A stretch of DNA of 64,000 nt from a candidate division WOR-3 bacterium (GTDB lineage Bacteria; Hydrothermota; UBA3072; B12-G15), in NCBI GenBank assembly GCA_965649055.1, contig CBFGJG010000006.1, positions 2,219 to 66,218 on the forward strand, in the 5' to 3' direction. This document shows, piece after piece, positions 49,343 through 60,228 of the stretch; the stretch's first letter is position 1, and each line of letters opens with the position of its first letter. The notes under the pieces were generated by a model, which was not told the origin of the DNA, did no database searches, and saw nothing but the letters and a program-made list of their open reading frames with translations. The position numbers were made by a program, and so were the translations under genes.

Positions 49343-50100
49343 AAGGAATTTTTTTAGACCTTGTTGGAACAATCGTTCAGGGGAAAAATTTAATCCCATA
49401 CGATGGAGCAGTTGAAAATTTTAACAAGATAAAGGAATATTTTAAAATTTGTATTATTACAAACAATACAACAGAAAAAATAGAATCTTTAAGGGTTAAG
49501 TTAGAGAGGAACGGATTTAATCTCAACGAAGTTGTTTTATTAACACCTCTCCTTATTCTCAAAAATTTATTGAAAGAAAGAGAAGGAAAGGTCTTTTATA
49601 TAGGTTCAAATGCAGTAAGGGAAACTATAATTGAATCAGGAAAAGAAATCTCTGAAAATGGAAATATCGTTGTAATAGGTTTAGATTTTGAACTTGACTA
49701 TAAAAAACTTACGAATGCAACAAGATTACTTTTAAACAATGCTGAATTTATTGGTCTCCACAATAATAGATTATTCCAGAGGGAAAATGGTGTTGTTGAG
49801 CCAAGTGTTGGTCCTATCCTCTCATTTCTTCAATTTGCAACAGGCAGGAAACCATTTATAATAGGAAAACCTGAATGGAATTTTTATCTCGCAGGTCTTG
49901 AAATGTTAAATCTAAAAACAGATGAGGTTATAGTTATAGGTGATGACCCTATAAGCGAGGTCCGGGCACCAAAAAGATTGGGTATAAAAACAATCTTCTT
50001 AAGATGTGGTAAATATAAAGAACTTCCAAAAGATATTGTTTCTGATTTTGTATTTGATAATTTTAAGGATATAGATTGGAATTTAATTATGAATATTTAA
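49330..50100 (+). CDS. HAD-superfamily IIA (NagD-like) hydrolase with a degenerate motif I
   Basis: Motif I reads FLDLVGT, so the second Asp is replaced by Val. The C-terminal IVIGDDPISEVRAPKRLGIKTIFL block matches IIA. I set the start at the internal ATG (MGKIKGIF). The track ORF from 49219 overlaps ecfA' in another frame. Confidence 0.6.
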   Translation: MGKIKGIFLDLVGTIVQGKNLIPYDGAVENFNKIKEYFKICIITNNTTEKIESLRVKLERNGFNLNEVVLLTPLLILKNLLKEREGKVFYIGSNAVRETIIESGKEISENGNIVVIGLDFELDYKKLTNATRLLLNNAEFIGLHNNRLFQRENGVVEPSVGPILSFLQFATGRKPFIIGKPEWNFYLAGLEMLNLKTDEVIVIGDDPISEVRAPKRLGIKTIFLRCGKYKELPKDIVSDFVFDNFKDIDWNLIMNI

Positions 50101-50101
50101 T

Positions 50102-52372
50102 ATGTTTATTATAATCTTATCAGGATATTTTCAAAATCCGAAAATCTCAAGTGACGGAATAATCTTCACAGATAATATGTATTCAACGCTTTATATATTA
50201 AAAGATAATAATATAAAAAGATTATTTTCATCACCAAATTGCGGATTATATTATTCTGTGTTTGAAGATAAAATAGGTTTCAAGATGATTTACGAAAATG
50301 GATTACAGGCACCTTCAATATATGATATAAAAGAAGAAAGATTTATAGAGTTACATAAACCTGTTCAAAGAGCAGGCGAAGTTAGTTTCTCTAATAATGG
50401 GGATATTGCTTTTACTATCGAAGAAACTTTGTATACTATCAGGAATGAAAGAACTGAAAAACACCTTTTAGGAACATACTCAAATCTTGTCCCGGTATCT
50501 CACAATGGTGATTTCGTTGTTTATAATGATGATAAAGATCAGTTGTATATATATCATCTAAGAACAGGAAAAAAAGAAAAGATAACAGATGGAATTCAAG
50601 GTTATTTTAATCCTGTTATTTCACCTGAAGATAGTTTTATCGCATATTCATCACTATCTGGTTTTATAAAAATTTATAATATAAAGAGAAGGACAACATA
50701 TAATATTGGATACGGAAGAGGTTATAGATGGATGGATGCTAAAAATCTAATCTTTTATGAAATAGAAACAGATGGTATAAATATAATAAATTCAGATATA
50801 TTTTTATCAGGCTATGATGGAAGGGATATTTTTAATTTAACAAAAACATATGACAAATTTGAAATAGAACCTTTATTAATCAATGATAATAATATCATAT
50901 TTTTCAGTTTAAACAGATATGAGATATTCAAAGGAAAATTAGAAAAAAACAGAATTCATAATATCAATACAATTTTTTATACAGAAACATTGAAGATTAA
51001 TTATTTTAATATCAAATCGGTTTTTGGTCCGAAAGATTCGATAAATGTTCCTTATATTCATCAGGTATACGATACACCTGACTGGCATAATGGTCACTGG
51101 TCCTGTGCACCAACAACTGCTATGATGGCAATAGCATACTATAGGAAACTCCCAGAATGGAATGTGTCCTGTTCATACCCTTATAACCATATCAGTCATT
51201 TTGGTAATTATATTTGTTCAAGATATAATTATATGAATATTTCATATACAGATACCGCATACGATGCAAGTGGAAATGTATCATGGGGTGGATATGGTTA
51301 TATGTGGACAGATGGATACTCTCCATATTCAAGGATGTATTATTATCTTATAAATCATAATTTGAATTCATGGGTTGATGATACACCGACTTGGGAAGAA
51401 ACGGTCAGTGAGATTCAATCAGGTTATCCTTATTGCATGTGTGTTGGTTTAACATCTGCAGGTCATCTCGTCCTTGCAGTCGGTCAGGTCCTGAACTGGC
51501 ATACACTGATTTTCAATGACCCTTATGGGAACAAAAATACACCAGGATATCCAAGTTATGATGGAAAATATGCAAGATATGATTGGCCCGGATACAACAA
51601 TGGATACCAGAATCTAAACTACGTATACTGGACAAGGGGAGCAAGGGGAGAATTCACTTCCTTTCCTGATACAATAGTTGATGACCTTCAATTTATGTAT
51701 TCAGGTGAAAACTATGGATTTTATATACACAATCAACCACCATCGGATATGAGATATTATAGGGATAATTTATCAGGTTTCAATAATCATTTCTTCTGGA
51801 CATATTCAACCGGCTCACAGGATACCTGTTATGTTATATGGAAACCAAGGTTATTAACACAAGGTGAATATGAAGTTTTCGCATATATTCCATCAATAAA
51901 TGCAAATGCATTGGCACATTATAGGATTTACCATAATGATGGTATGGCTGAGAAAATAATAAATCAGAATGAATATTCTGATGAATGGGTATCTCTTGGA
52001 ACTTACTATTTTTCACCTAACAATGGATATGTTTATCTTGGAGATGCAACCGGAATACCTATGCAGAAGATTGCATTTGATGCAATGAGGTGGTCATATA
52101 AAGGGACATATATAGAAGAAGATTCTGTGCATTATCTATCTTCAAATATAGTGAAAGATGCTATTGTTATAAATATCGCTGGAATTTCCTGCTCGAATAT
52201 TTCATATAAAATAATTGACTTAAACGGAAGAATATTAATTGAAAGAAAACTATTTTTAAATGATAAATTTTTAAAGATTAATGTTCACAACTTAAAAAAG
52301 GGTGTCTATTTTATTATTATTAATTCAGATAAATTAAACATAAAAAGAAAATTTATAATACTTGACAAATAA
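50102..52372 (+). CDS. Multidomain secreted protein: an N-terminal TolB-like WD40/PD40 beta-propeller, a C39-like papain-fold cysteine peptidase domain and a T9SS C-terminal sorting domain
   Basis: It has PD40-like repeats and a C39-like Cys motif (WSCAPTTAMMAIAYY) with His in SAGHLVLAVGQ. The T9SS CTD reads IIDLNGRIL...KGVYFIIINSDKLNIKRKFIILDK. The N-terminal signal peptide is weak. Confidence 0.65.
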   Translation: MFIIILSGYFQNPKISSDGIIFTDNMYSTLYILKDNNIKRLFSSPNCGLYYSVFEDKIGFKMIYENGLQAPSIYDIKEERFIELHKPVQRAGEVSFSNNGDIAFTIEETLYTIRNERTEKHLLGTYSNLVPVSHNGDFVVYNDDKDQLYIYHLRTGKKEKITDGIQGYFNPVISPEDSFIAYSSLSGFIKIYNIKRRTTYNIGYGRGYRWMDAKNLIFYEIETDGINIINSDIFLSGYDGRDIFNLTKTYDKFEIEPLLINDNNIIFFSLNRYEIFKGKLEKNRIHNINTIFYTETLKINYFNIKSVFGPKDSINVPYIHQVYDTPDWHNGHWSCAPTTAMMAIAYYRKLPEWNVSCSYPYNHISHFGNYICSRYNYMNISYTDTAYDASGNVSWGGYGYMWTDGYSPYSRMYYYLINHNLNSWVDDTPTWEETVSEIQSGYPYCMCVGLTSAGHLVLAVGQVLNWHTLIFNDPYGNKNTPGYPSYDGKYARYDWPGYNNGYQNLNYVYWTRGARGEFTSFPDTIVDDLQFMYSGENYGFYIHNQPPSDMRYYRDNLSGFNNHFFWTYSTGSQDTCYVIWKPRLLTQGEYEVFAYIPSINANALAHYRIYHNDGMAEKIINQNEYSDEWVSLGTYYFSPNNGYVYLGDATGIPMQKIAFDAMRWSYKGTYIEEDSVHYLSSNIVKDAIVINIAGISCSNISYKIIDLNGRILIERKLFLNDKFLKINVHNLKKGVYFIIINSDKLNIKRKFIILDK

Positions 52373-52390
52373 GAAATAAGGGGTTATAAT
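52362..52390 (+). promoter_or_regulatory. Consensus sigma70 promoter (TTGACA-17-TATAAT) placed for leaderless expression of the DUF1844 gene
   Basis: TTGACA is at 52362-67, the spacer is exactly 17 nt and TATAAT is at 52385-90. The ATG lies at 52397. Confidence 0.5.
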
Positions 52391-52396
52391 AAAAAC

Positions 52397-52648
52397 ATGG
52401 AAAAGGTAGATTTTATATCTTTTATTATGAGAATGGCAACAGGTGCTTATATTGCATTGGGACTTGTTGAGCATCCGGAAACGAAGGAGATAAAAAAAGA
52501 CCTTGAACTTGCAAGATATACAATAGATACACTTGATATGCTTAAAGAAAAAACAAAGGGAAATCTGACGAAAGAAGAAGAGGTTTTCTTTAACGAAGTT
52601 CTTTCGGATTTAAAATTAAAATTTGTTAAAATAAAGGAGGAAAAATGA
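52397..52648 (+). CDS. DUF1844-family small protein
   Basis: It has the [22 protein letters not shown]...NLTKEE pattern. It is 83 aa long. Confidence 0.5.
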   Translation: MEKVDFISFIMRMATGAYIALGLVEHPETKEIKKDLELARYTIDTLDMLKEKTKGNLTKEEEVFFNEVLSDLKLKFVKIKEEK

Positions 52649-53709
52649 GAATGTTTATCCTTTTTTTGGTTTTATTACCCATCATTCTATTACCACAGAC
52701 AACATATACAGTTGTAAAAGGAGATTGCCTCTGGTTCATCGCAGGAAGATTTTATAATAATCCTTTCTTATGGCCTATAATTTATGAAGCAAATAAAGAT
52801 AAGATAAAAGACCCTCATTGGATTTATCCTGATCAGGTTTTTATTATTCCAAATTATACTGGTGGTGGTGTTCCTGTTGTAAAGACAACAGAACCTGAAA
52901 AAGAAACTGAAAAACCTGTTATCTCACAGGAAGAACCAGAAACAGGAACACAGGAACAGCAACAATATCAACCTACACCTGTAAAGATAAAACAAAAGGT
53001 ATTTGAACAGACCTTTACTGTTGTTGGTATAAAGAACGAAATATTCTCAAAAGAATCTGCATTACTTGCAGGTTTTATAACCGAAAGGAAAGGGCTTGAG
53101 AAAGGGAAAATAATTGAGAGCACAACAAAAGAGCAAAATATTGTTCTTGGTGCTAAGGTCCTTATTGATAAAGGAAATATGGATGGTATCTATGTAAAAG
53201 ATAGATTTGCAATATTTAGGTATGGTAAAAATGTAAAAGGTTATGGAACTATTGTGAGGATTGTCGGAGTTCTGGAAATAACAGAGACAAAAGATAAATC
53301 TTCTATCGGAGAAATTATTGCTTCTTTCGAACCAATATACAAGAATGATTTAATATTTGATTTACCTAAAATCAATCCGCCACCAAACAAATTAACACCA
53401 ACCCTTGATGACATAACAGGATACATTATTGCATTCAAAGATAAAGAACCTATAGTAAAACCATATACTATCGCCTATATTACCCCTGGTGCACCTTATG
53501 TAAAACCTGGTGATTTATTTTTAATCTACAGGGAAAGGAAAAAGAAGGGAATAACAGGGGAAGCACCTATTGAAGTAGTTGGTCAGTTTCTTGTTGTCGA
53601 ACCAAGAGCAAATGGGACATCATCAGGCTATATCATTACAACATATGACAAGATAGATTTGGATATTGGAGAGAAGATAAGGCTTGTAGGTAGGAGTGTT
53701 GGAGAATAA
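52645..53709 (+). CDS. LysM-domain protein with a Pro/Glu/Thr-rich linker and an unknown C-terminal domain
   Basis: It has a signal peptide and a LysM motif ([17 protein letters not shown]...[10 protein letters not shown]). Confidence 0.65.
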   Translation: MRMFILFLVLLPIILLPQTTYTVVKGDCLWFIAGRFYNNPFLWPIIYEANKDKIKDPHWIYPDQVFIIPNYTGGGVPVVKTTEPEKETEKPVISQEEPETGTQEQQQYQPTPVKIKQKVFEQTFTVVGIKNEIFSKESALLAGFITERKGLEKGKIIESTTKEQNIVLGAKVLIDKGNMDGIYVKDRFAIFRYGKNVKGYGTIVRIVGVLEITETKDKSSIGEIIASFEPIYKNDLIFDLPKINPPPNKLTPTLDDITGYIIAFKDKEPIVKPYTIAYITPGAPYVKPGDLFLIYRERKKKGITGEAPIEVVGQFLVVEPRANGTSSGYIITTYDKIDLDIGEKIRLVGRSVGE

Positions 53710-54490
53710 AGTAAGTATAAAATATCTTCTTAAGAAAAAAAAAGAAGGTCAAAAAATATCACTTCTTACAGCATATAATTATTATACTGCAAAGATACTT
53801 GATGAAGAAGGGATTGATATAATCCTTGTTGGTGATTCTTTAAGTATGGTTGAGATGGGTTATAAGGATACAATGGCAGTAACATTTGAAGATATGTTGC
53901 CTTATCTTAAATCAGTGGTTAATGTTGTAAAAAGGAGTATGGTAATATTTGATATGCCTTTTTTATCTTATCAGATTTCAATAAAGAATGCATTAAAGAA
54001 TGCCGGTTATGTAATGAAACTTGGTGCAGATGGTGTTAAAATTGAAGGTGTTGAATATATTGATACTATAAAAGAAATGATAAAAGCAGGTATACCTGTT
54101 ATGGGTCATCTCGGATTACTTCCGCAATACTCAAGGATGAAAGGATACTATGTGTATGGTAAAACAGAAGAAGAGAGGAAAAAGATTAAAGAAGATGCAA
54201 AAATATTACAGGATGCAGGTGTATTCTCAATTATACTCGAATCAATACCTGAAACACTCGGTAAAGAAATAAAAGAGATGCTTGAAATCCCTGTTTATGG
54301 TATAGGTGCAGGAAGATTTTTAGATGGGCAGATACTCGTGATTAATGATATACTTGGTCTTTATGAAGAATTCAAACCAAAATTTGCAAAAAGATATGCA
54401 AACCTTAATGAAGAGATTAGAAAGGCTGTGAAGAATTATAAAAAAGATGTTGAAGAAGGAATATTCCCAGGGGAAGAGAATATCTATTAA
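53696..54490 (+). CDS. panB: 3-methyl-2-oxobutanoate hydroxymethyltransferase (ketopantoate hydroxymethyltransferase)
   Basis: It has the [30 protein letters not shown]...GADGVKIEG blocks. Confidence 0.85.
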   Translation: MLENKVSIKYLLKKKKEGQKISLLTAYNYYTAKILDEEGIDIILVGDSLSMVEMGYKDTMAVTFEDMLPYLKSVVNVVKRSMVIFDMPFLSYQISIKNALKNAGYVMKLGADGVKIEGVEYIDTIKEMIKAGIPVMGHLGLLPQYSRMKGYYVYGKTEEERKKIKEDAKILQDAGVFSIILESIPETLGKEIKEMLEIPVYGIGAGRFLDGQILVINDILGLYEEFKPKFAKRYANLNEEIRKAVKNYKKDVEEGIFPGEENIY

Positions 54491-54802
54491 ATGAGACCAT
54501 TAAAGATTCAAGAAATACTTGAAATTTTTAAAAATTCTGATAAATTTATAAAGGGTGAAAGAAGGGTTCTCGTATTTAGTAAATACAAGGAAATAGTTAA
54601 AGGAACCTTTGATAATGTTTCTTATCCTTGTAGATTTGAAAAAGACGTGCTTTCAGTAAAAGTAATCTCATCCACTTATTTGAATGAAATTTATTTTTAC
54701 AAGGATGAGATTTTAAAGAGATTAAATTGTGAACTTGAAGGTATTTTTGTAAAAGACATTAAGTTTGTAATGGGAGATGAAAATGGAATACGGAGCAAAT
54801 GA
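54491..54802 (+). CDS. DUF721-family protein, the gene conserved upstream of gyrB
   Basis: Its ~100-aa size, its position immediately 5' of gyrB and its sequence pattern fit DUF721. Confidence 0.55.
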   Translation: MRPLKIQEILEIFKNSDKFIKGERRVLVFSKYKEIVKGTFDNVSYPCRFEKDVLSVKVISSTYLNEIYFYKDEILKRLNCELEGIFVKDIKFVMGDENGIRSK

Positions 54803-56672
54803 AATAAAGGTTTTAAAAGGTCTTGATGGAGTTCGTAAAAGACCTGCTATGTACATAGGTGATACAGGTGAAAGGGGTCTTCACCACTTGATATTTGAAG
54901 TTGTAGATAATTCAATTGATGAAGCAATGGTCGGATACTGTAATGAGATACAGGTGATTATTGAAAAAGGTGAAACTATAACAGTTATAGATAATGGAAG
55001 GGGAATACCAACAGATATACATCCCGAACAGAAGAAATCAGCACTTGAGGTTGTAATGACTATGCTTCATGCAGGTGGCAAATTCGATTCAAAGGCATAT
55101 CAGGTTTCTGGTGGTTTACATGGTGTTGGTGTATCTGTTGTTAATGCACTTTCAGAATGGCTTATTGTTGAAGTGAAAAGAGAAGGAAAAATCTTTACAC
55201 AACAATATAAAAGGGGTGTTCCAACAACAGAAGTAAAAGTAATAGGTAAAGCGAACGATACAGGGACAATAGTCCGATTCAAACCCGATCCTGAAATCTT
55301 TGGTGATTATGAATTTAAATATGATATTGTCGCATCAAGGCTAAGGGAACTCGCTTTCTTAAATAAAGGTATTACAATAATCCTTAATGACCTAAGAAAA
55401 GATAAAAAAACTATATTCAAGTACGAAGGTGGAATAAAGGAATTTATTGAGTTTATTGATAAGAATAAAAAGCCTTTACATCACCCACCAATCTATGGTA
55501 TAAAAACCCTTGAAGGAATGGAGATAGAATTTGCAGCACAATACAATGATTCTTACCAGGAAAATATTTTCAGTTTTGCAAATAATATAAACACAATTGA
55601 AGGTGGGAGCCATTTAATTGGTTTTAAATCTGCATTCACAAGGACTTTGAATGATTTTGCGAAGAAAAATAATCTAATAAAAGATGAAGAAGGTCTTTCT
55701 GGTGAAGATATAAGGGAAGGTCTTACTGCTGTTATTTCGGTTAAAATAAGGGAACCACAATTTGAAGGACAGACAAAGACAAAATTAGGAAACCCTGAAG
55801 TTAGAAGCATAGTTGATAGTTTTGTCTCCGATACATTGCTTGTCTATCTTGAAGAACATCCTAAAGAATCGAAACTGATTATAGAGAAGGTAGACCTTGC
55901 AAGAAGGGCTCGTATAGCTGCAAAAAAGGCAAGGGAATTAACAAGAAGGAAAAACGCACTTGATTCTTATGATCTACCCGGTAAACTTGCAGACTGTTCT
56001 GTGAAAGAACCTGAACAGGCAGAACTGTTCATCGTAGAAGGTGATTCAGCAGGTGGCTCTGCAAAACAGGGGCGAGACAGGGTATTCCAGGCAGTCCTTC
56101 CTTTAAGGGGGAAGATACTGAATGTTGAAAAGGCAAGGCTTGATAAGATACTCGTAAATGATACTATAAGAACCTTAATCAGCGCACTTGGAACAGGTAT
56201 TGGAAGGGAGGAATTCAATCCTGAAAAAGTCAGATATCACAAGATAATAATTATGACAGATGCAGATGTTGATGGTTCACATATTAAAACATTGCTTTTA
56301 ACTTTCTTCTTTAGGTATGCGAGAGAGTTGATCGAAAGAGGCTATGTCTACATAGCACAACCACCTTTATATGGCGTAAAAAAAGGGAAGAATGAATACT
56401 ATTGCTATAATGATGAAGAGCTTGAAAAATTATTAAAAGACATTGGTAGAGAAGGTGTAACAGTCCAGAGATACAAAGGATTGGGTGAAATGAACCCTGA
56501 ACAATTATGGAAGACAACGATGGACCCGGCAAAAAGAAGATTAAAGATTGCAACAATAGAGGATGCAGTTGAAGCAGATGAGACATTCACAGTTCTTATG
56601 GGTGATGAGGTTGAACCAAGAAGGGATTTTATAATATCAAATGCGAAATTTGTCAAAAATCTGGATATATAG
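54777..56672 (+). CDS. gyrB: DNA gyrase subunit B (short form without the proteobacterial insert)
   Basis: It has the GHKL ATPase motifs ([30 protein letters not shown]), a TOPRIM domain ([15 protein letters not shown]) and the C-terminal PLYG...EMNPEQL blocks. Confidence 0.92.
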   Translation: MKMEYGANEIKVLKGLDGVRKRPAMYIGDTGERGLHHLIFEVVDNSIDEAMVGYCNEIQVIIEKGETITVIDNGRGIPTDIHPEQKKSALEVVMTMLHAGGKFDSKAYQVSGGLHGVGVSVVNALSEWLIVEVKREGKIFTQQYKRGVPTTEVKVIGKANDTGTIVRFKPDPEIFGDYEFKYDIVASRLRELAFLNKGITIILNDLRKDKKTIFKYEGGIKEFIEFIDKNKKPLHHPPIYGIKTLEGMEIEFAAQYNDSYQENIFSFANNINTIEGGSHLIGFKSAFTRTLNDFAKKNNLIKDEEGLSGEDIREGLTAVISVKIREPQFEGQTKTKLGNPEVRSIVDSFVSDTLLVYLEEHPKESKLIIEKVDLARRARIAAKKARELTRRKNALDSYDLPGKLADCSVKEPEQAELFIVEGDSAGGSAKQGRDRVFQAVLPLRGKILNVEKARLDKILVNDTIRTLISALGTGIGREEFNPEKVRYHKIIIMTDADVDGSHIKTLLLTFFFRYARELIERGYVYIAQPPLYGVKKGKNEYYCYNDEELEKLLKDIGREGVTVQRYKGLGEMNPEQLWKTTMDPAKRRLKIATIEDAVEADETFTVLMGDEVEPRRDFIISNAKFVKNLDI

Positions 56673-56771
56673 AATAATAACAATAATAATTTCTGTTTCT
56701 TTTTTAATTTTCGGGATTACAAGAAAAGAATATATTGAAGTTCTAAGAAGGGGAATATTAATCTGTCTTGA

Positions 56772-57584
56772 ATGTATTGGAATAGGATGAAGAGATTCAA
56801 ATTCCCAACAAATCTAATACAGGGCATCTCTGCTTTAATCCTAAATTCACATTTTCTTGTTTTTAAAGGAAGGAATCTTTATCAGGGAAATCTAAAAAAA
56901 ATACTCTGCCCATCTTTGAATTGTTATTCATGTCCACTTGCAGTCACATCCTGTCCAGTTGGTGCTTTACAACATTTTGGAATAATAAGGCTCTTCCCAT
57001 TATATATATTAGGTTTCCTTGGAAGCATTGGTATTGTATTCGGAAGGGCACAATGTGGATGGATATGCCCTTTTGGATTCTTACAGGATTTAATTTATAT
57101 AAAGATTAAAAGAATAAGCATAAAAAAAATCTTTTTATACACAAAATATATCATACTCATCCTTATGCTCCCGATATCAATGATAACATTAGAACCTGTT
57201 TTCTGCCAGTTTATCTGTCCATCTGGAACCCTCTTTGCAGGAATTCCACAGGTTCTGCTGGATAAAGGGCTTCGTGCAATAATAGGTATTTTATACTGGT
57301 GGAAGATAACCCTGATGATTTTAATTATAATCTCTTTTATTTTTATAAAAAGATTCTTCTGCAGGGTTTTATGTCCACTTGGTGCATTCTATTCTTTTTT
57401 TAACAGAATAAGTTTATATCAAATAAAGGTTGATAAAGCAAAATGCACAAGATGTAACAGGTGCGAAGAAGTATGCCCTGTTGATATAAAAATATATGAA
57501 GATGAAAAAAATCCTGAATGCGTAAGGTGTAATAAATGTTTAAGGGTCTGTCCTTTTAAAGCGATTTCATCATCTTATAAATAA
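56772..57584 (+). CDS. NapH/MauN-like membrane-bound 4Fe-4S ferredoxin-type protein
   Basis: It has multiple TM segments with CPFGFLQD and CPLGAFYSF motifs and a C-terminal 2x[4Fe-4S] region (CTRCNRCEEVCP, CVRCNKCLRVCP). Confidence 0.7.
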   Translation: MYWNRMKRFKFPTNLIQGISALILNSHFLVFKGRNLYQGNLKKILCPSLNCYSCPLAVTSCPVGALQHFGIIRLFPLYILGFLGSIGIVFGRAQCGWICPFGFLQDLIYIKIKRISIKKIFLYTKYIILILMLPISMITLEPVFCQFICPSGTLFAGIPQVLLDKGLRAIIGILYWWKITLMILIIISFIFIKRFFCRVLCPLGAFYSFFNRISLYQIKVDKAKCTRCNRCEEVCPVDIKIYEDEKNPECVRCNKCLRVCPFKAISSSYK

Positions 57585-57587
57585 AAA

Positions 57588-57609
57588 AGGCGGGGTTTCC
57601 CCCGCCTTA
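57588..57609. terminator. GC hairpin terminator (ggcgggg-tttc-ccccgcc), bidirectional
   Basis: It lies between convergent genes and has A/T tracts on both sides. Its 20-nt core is identical to the hairpin at 60183. Confidence 0.6.
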
Positions 57610-57615
57610 AAAGAA

Positions 57616-60072
57616 TTACTTAAGAAGTATTATCTTGAATGCCTTATCTATCTCATCAACCTTTACAAAATATACACCTTTTGATATCTCTTGTCCTTTC
57701 AATATAACAGGTGTCCTGCCGGGAACATTCATCTTCTTCACTATCCTTCCTGTTATATCAAAGATAGATACATTGAAATTACCATTCCCATTTATTACAA
57801 AACTAACTTCAGGACCTATCCTTGATGTGAAGTGAATAGAAATATCTTTTGGTTCTTCCGGAACACCTGTTGCAACAGGTATTATACCGAAAACTGAATC
57901 TATAGGTGTAAATCCACCAACTGAGCCACCAAGCATATATAATCCATCTTCTCCCTTCCCAAATTGAACACCAACTGCATCAAACCTGTAAACCTTTCTT
58001 GTTACCGGACTTCCAAGAACCCAGGTATTTGAACCTTTATCATAATAGAATACTGAATCTGTAAGCGCCCAGCTATTATTCACTCCACTTATACAATAAA
58101 ATGTATCCCTGAAGAAAGCAGCTCCGCCACCCCATGCCTGTATAGGATAATATGCAAAGATTGAATTATCCATTGTCCAGGTATTGTTCACTGCATCGTA
58201 GAACCTTGATTCATTCATGATATTTGCACCATCATAACCGCCAACAAGATATATTGTATCATTCAAGACATCCCCAAACATAAGTTCACATGCAAATGGC
58301 ATATCTGCCTTCTTTGTCCATAATCCAGTTGAAGGGTCATATTCCCATGTAGATGCATACATTGTCCCAGTACCAGCATTATATCCACCTATCTTGTATA
58401 CCTTCCCATTAGCAGGTTTACAGGTATAAAACCAACAGGGTTCCCCTGTCCCCGGTGATACTGTCCAGTTATCCCCTGAGATTGAATATTTATATAAATT
58501 ATCCTGTATTGAACCTAAAGAATTTGAATATCCACCCGGGAAATATATTGTATCACCAAGGATACATGCATCACCCATACGTAAATCTACAGGAAGGCTT
58601 GCACCAGTTGTCCATCCTTTGGAATTGAAATCATAGATATAAAGATTTGTTTGACCTCCTCCTGCATTAGGATTATAACCACCAAATACATAAATCTTGG
58701 AACCATCAAATACAACACAATGGTCCATCAATGCTATTGGCATATTTGTTATGAATTCCCAGTCAGAGACATATCCATTTATTATCAGTGTATCATTTGC
58801 ATTCCTTATATCATATGGGCTTGAAACAATCTGTTTTATCTGATATGTGCCATACTCAGGAAACTGCACCGGACCCCAGTTGCGGCCATATCCTGATGAA
58901 CCTTCAATATAGAAATCCAAAAGTTCACCAGTAAATATAGTATTACCATTATTCGTTATCTCTATCGTGATATCAAATGTATCACCAACCTGACCATTGT
59001 TTGCAAAATTCTCCAAGACATCATAAGATATATTCCTCCTTGCATAGATAGGTGGTGAAAGTTGCGGGAAACTATTGTAGGAGTATCCATCAATATCTGC
59101 ATATATCCATTGTTCAAGTGTATCATTTAAAGGTTGTTCATCACCTGAAAGGACTGTCCAGGCCCTCTTTAATAGTTTTTTATAATTACCCGTTGAAATA
59201 CTTGCAAAATTAGACCTTATAGTATCACCTGGATTAAGTGTGACATCTGGAATCCAGTATGAATAAACCATCATCAAATCTTTGTCAAGAATTTCATAGT
59301 ATTCATTAAATGTCTCGGGACTTGATCCATAATTTTTATATGTTGCAGTCATATCGTAAAATGTATTTGTGAGATAAAACTGTGGTGGTGAAGAGATTGA
59401 ATAAACACCAACATCATGAGATAGTATATCTTCCCCAAGTATGTAAACATTATCAACACCAGCCGCATATTCCCATCCACCATGGTCAAGGTATCTGAAC
59501 ATAACCTGTATGCTGTCATAAAGTGCCTTTGTATTAGAAATATCAAGTGTATCCCATCCGAATGATTGATTGGGATAATAAGCCTGGTTTACCCAATCAG
59601 ACCATACCCCACCTGTATTCGTCCTTATCCATACACCAAATGTATCTGTTCCATACCAGGTGTAAGAATTTCCATAGGCAAAGATAACCCTGATATTGGA
59701 ATAAGGGGAAGTATAGATTGCAGGTGTGATTAAATCTTCACCCGGCAAGGATGCAGGTGCGGAATAACCAGCATCGTCATCTGAATAGTATGCATATGCA
59801 GTCCCATAATCTGGAGGAGTATATCCATATAAATCTGATGTTTTCCCTGGTGTCCATGTATAACCATCACCATTCCCACTCACAACAGTCCAGCTTGCTG
59901 GAATACCTGATTCAAAATGTTCTTCAAGTAACGTATTCCATCCTTTTGGAAGTGTCAAGATAAAATCATTGCTCGGCATCACAATCGTTTTTTCTGGGCG
60001 AACCTTTTCCTTAACAGGATTATTGTTGATTCCTGTTGAAGGAATACCTAAGAGTAAAAAAAGGTAAAACAT
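57616..60072 (-). CDS. Secreted Kelch-repeat beta-propeller protein with a T9SS C-terminal sorting domain
   Basis: It has Kelch motifs (IYVFGGYNP, IYFPGGYS, VYKIGGYN, IYLVGGYDG). The T9SS CTD reads FDITGRIV...KGVYFVKVDEIDKAFKIILLK. I set the start at MFYLF because AAGGAGGtttttATG provides the RBS. A signal peptide is present. Confidence 0.7.
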   Translation of the reverse strand: MFYLFLLLGIPSTGINNNPVKEKVRPEKTIVMPSNDFILTLPKGWNTLLEEHFESGIPASWTVVSGNGDGYTWTPGKTSDLYGYTPPDYGTAYAYYSDDDAGYSAPASLPGEDLITPAIYTSPYSNIRVIFAYGNSYTWYGTDTFGVWIRTNTGGVWSDWVNQAYYPNQSFGWDTLDISNTKALYDSIQVMFRYLDHGGWEYAAGVDNVYILGEDILSHDVGVYSISSPPQFYLTNTFYDMTATYKNYGSSPETFNEYYEILDKDLMMVYSYWIPDVTLNPGDTIRSNFASISTGNYKKLLKRAWTVLSGDEQPLNDTLEQWIYADIDGYSYNSFPQLSPPIYARRNISYDVLENFANNGQVGDTFDITIEITNNGNTIFTGELLDFYIEGSSGYGRNWGPVQFPEYGTYQIKQIVSSPYDIRNANDTLIINGYVSDWEFITNMPIALMDHCVVFDGSKIYVFGGYNPNAGGGQTNLYIYDFNSKGWTTGASLPVDLRMGDACILGDTIYFPGGYSNSLGSIQDNLYKYSISGDNWTVSPGTGEPCWFYTCKPANGKVYKIGGYNAGTGTMYASTWEYDPSTGLWTKKADMPFACELMFGDVLNDTIYLVGGYDGANIMNESRFYDAVNNTWTMDNSIFAYYPIQAWGGGAAFFRDTFYCISGVNNSWALTDSVFYYDKGSNTWVLGSPVTRKVYRFDAVGVQFGKGEDGLYMLGGSVGGFTPIDSVFGIIPVATGVPEEPKDISIHFTSRIGPEVSFVINGNGNFNVSIFDITGRIVKKMNVPGRTPVILKGQEISKGVYFVKVDEIDKAFKIILLK

Positions 60073-60182
60073 AAAAACCTCCTTTGGTTTTTTTGATATC
60101 AAATTGCCAGAAATTAGATTTGAGTCAGTCTTTTGATATCTTTTATATTATAATAAAAATTTTTTATTTGTCAAGTAAAAAA

Positions 60183-60204
60183 AAGGCGGGGTTTCCCCCG
60201 CCTT
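60183..60204. terminator. GC hairpin terminator, a second copy of the ggcggggtttcccccgcc element
   Basis: Its 20-nt core is identical to the hairpin at 57588. It lies between the C11 protease gene and the Kelch gene. Confidence 0.55.
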
Positions 60205-60228
60205 TTTCCCTAAAAGAAAGGAGGATAT

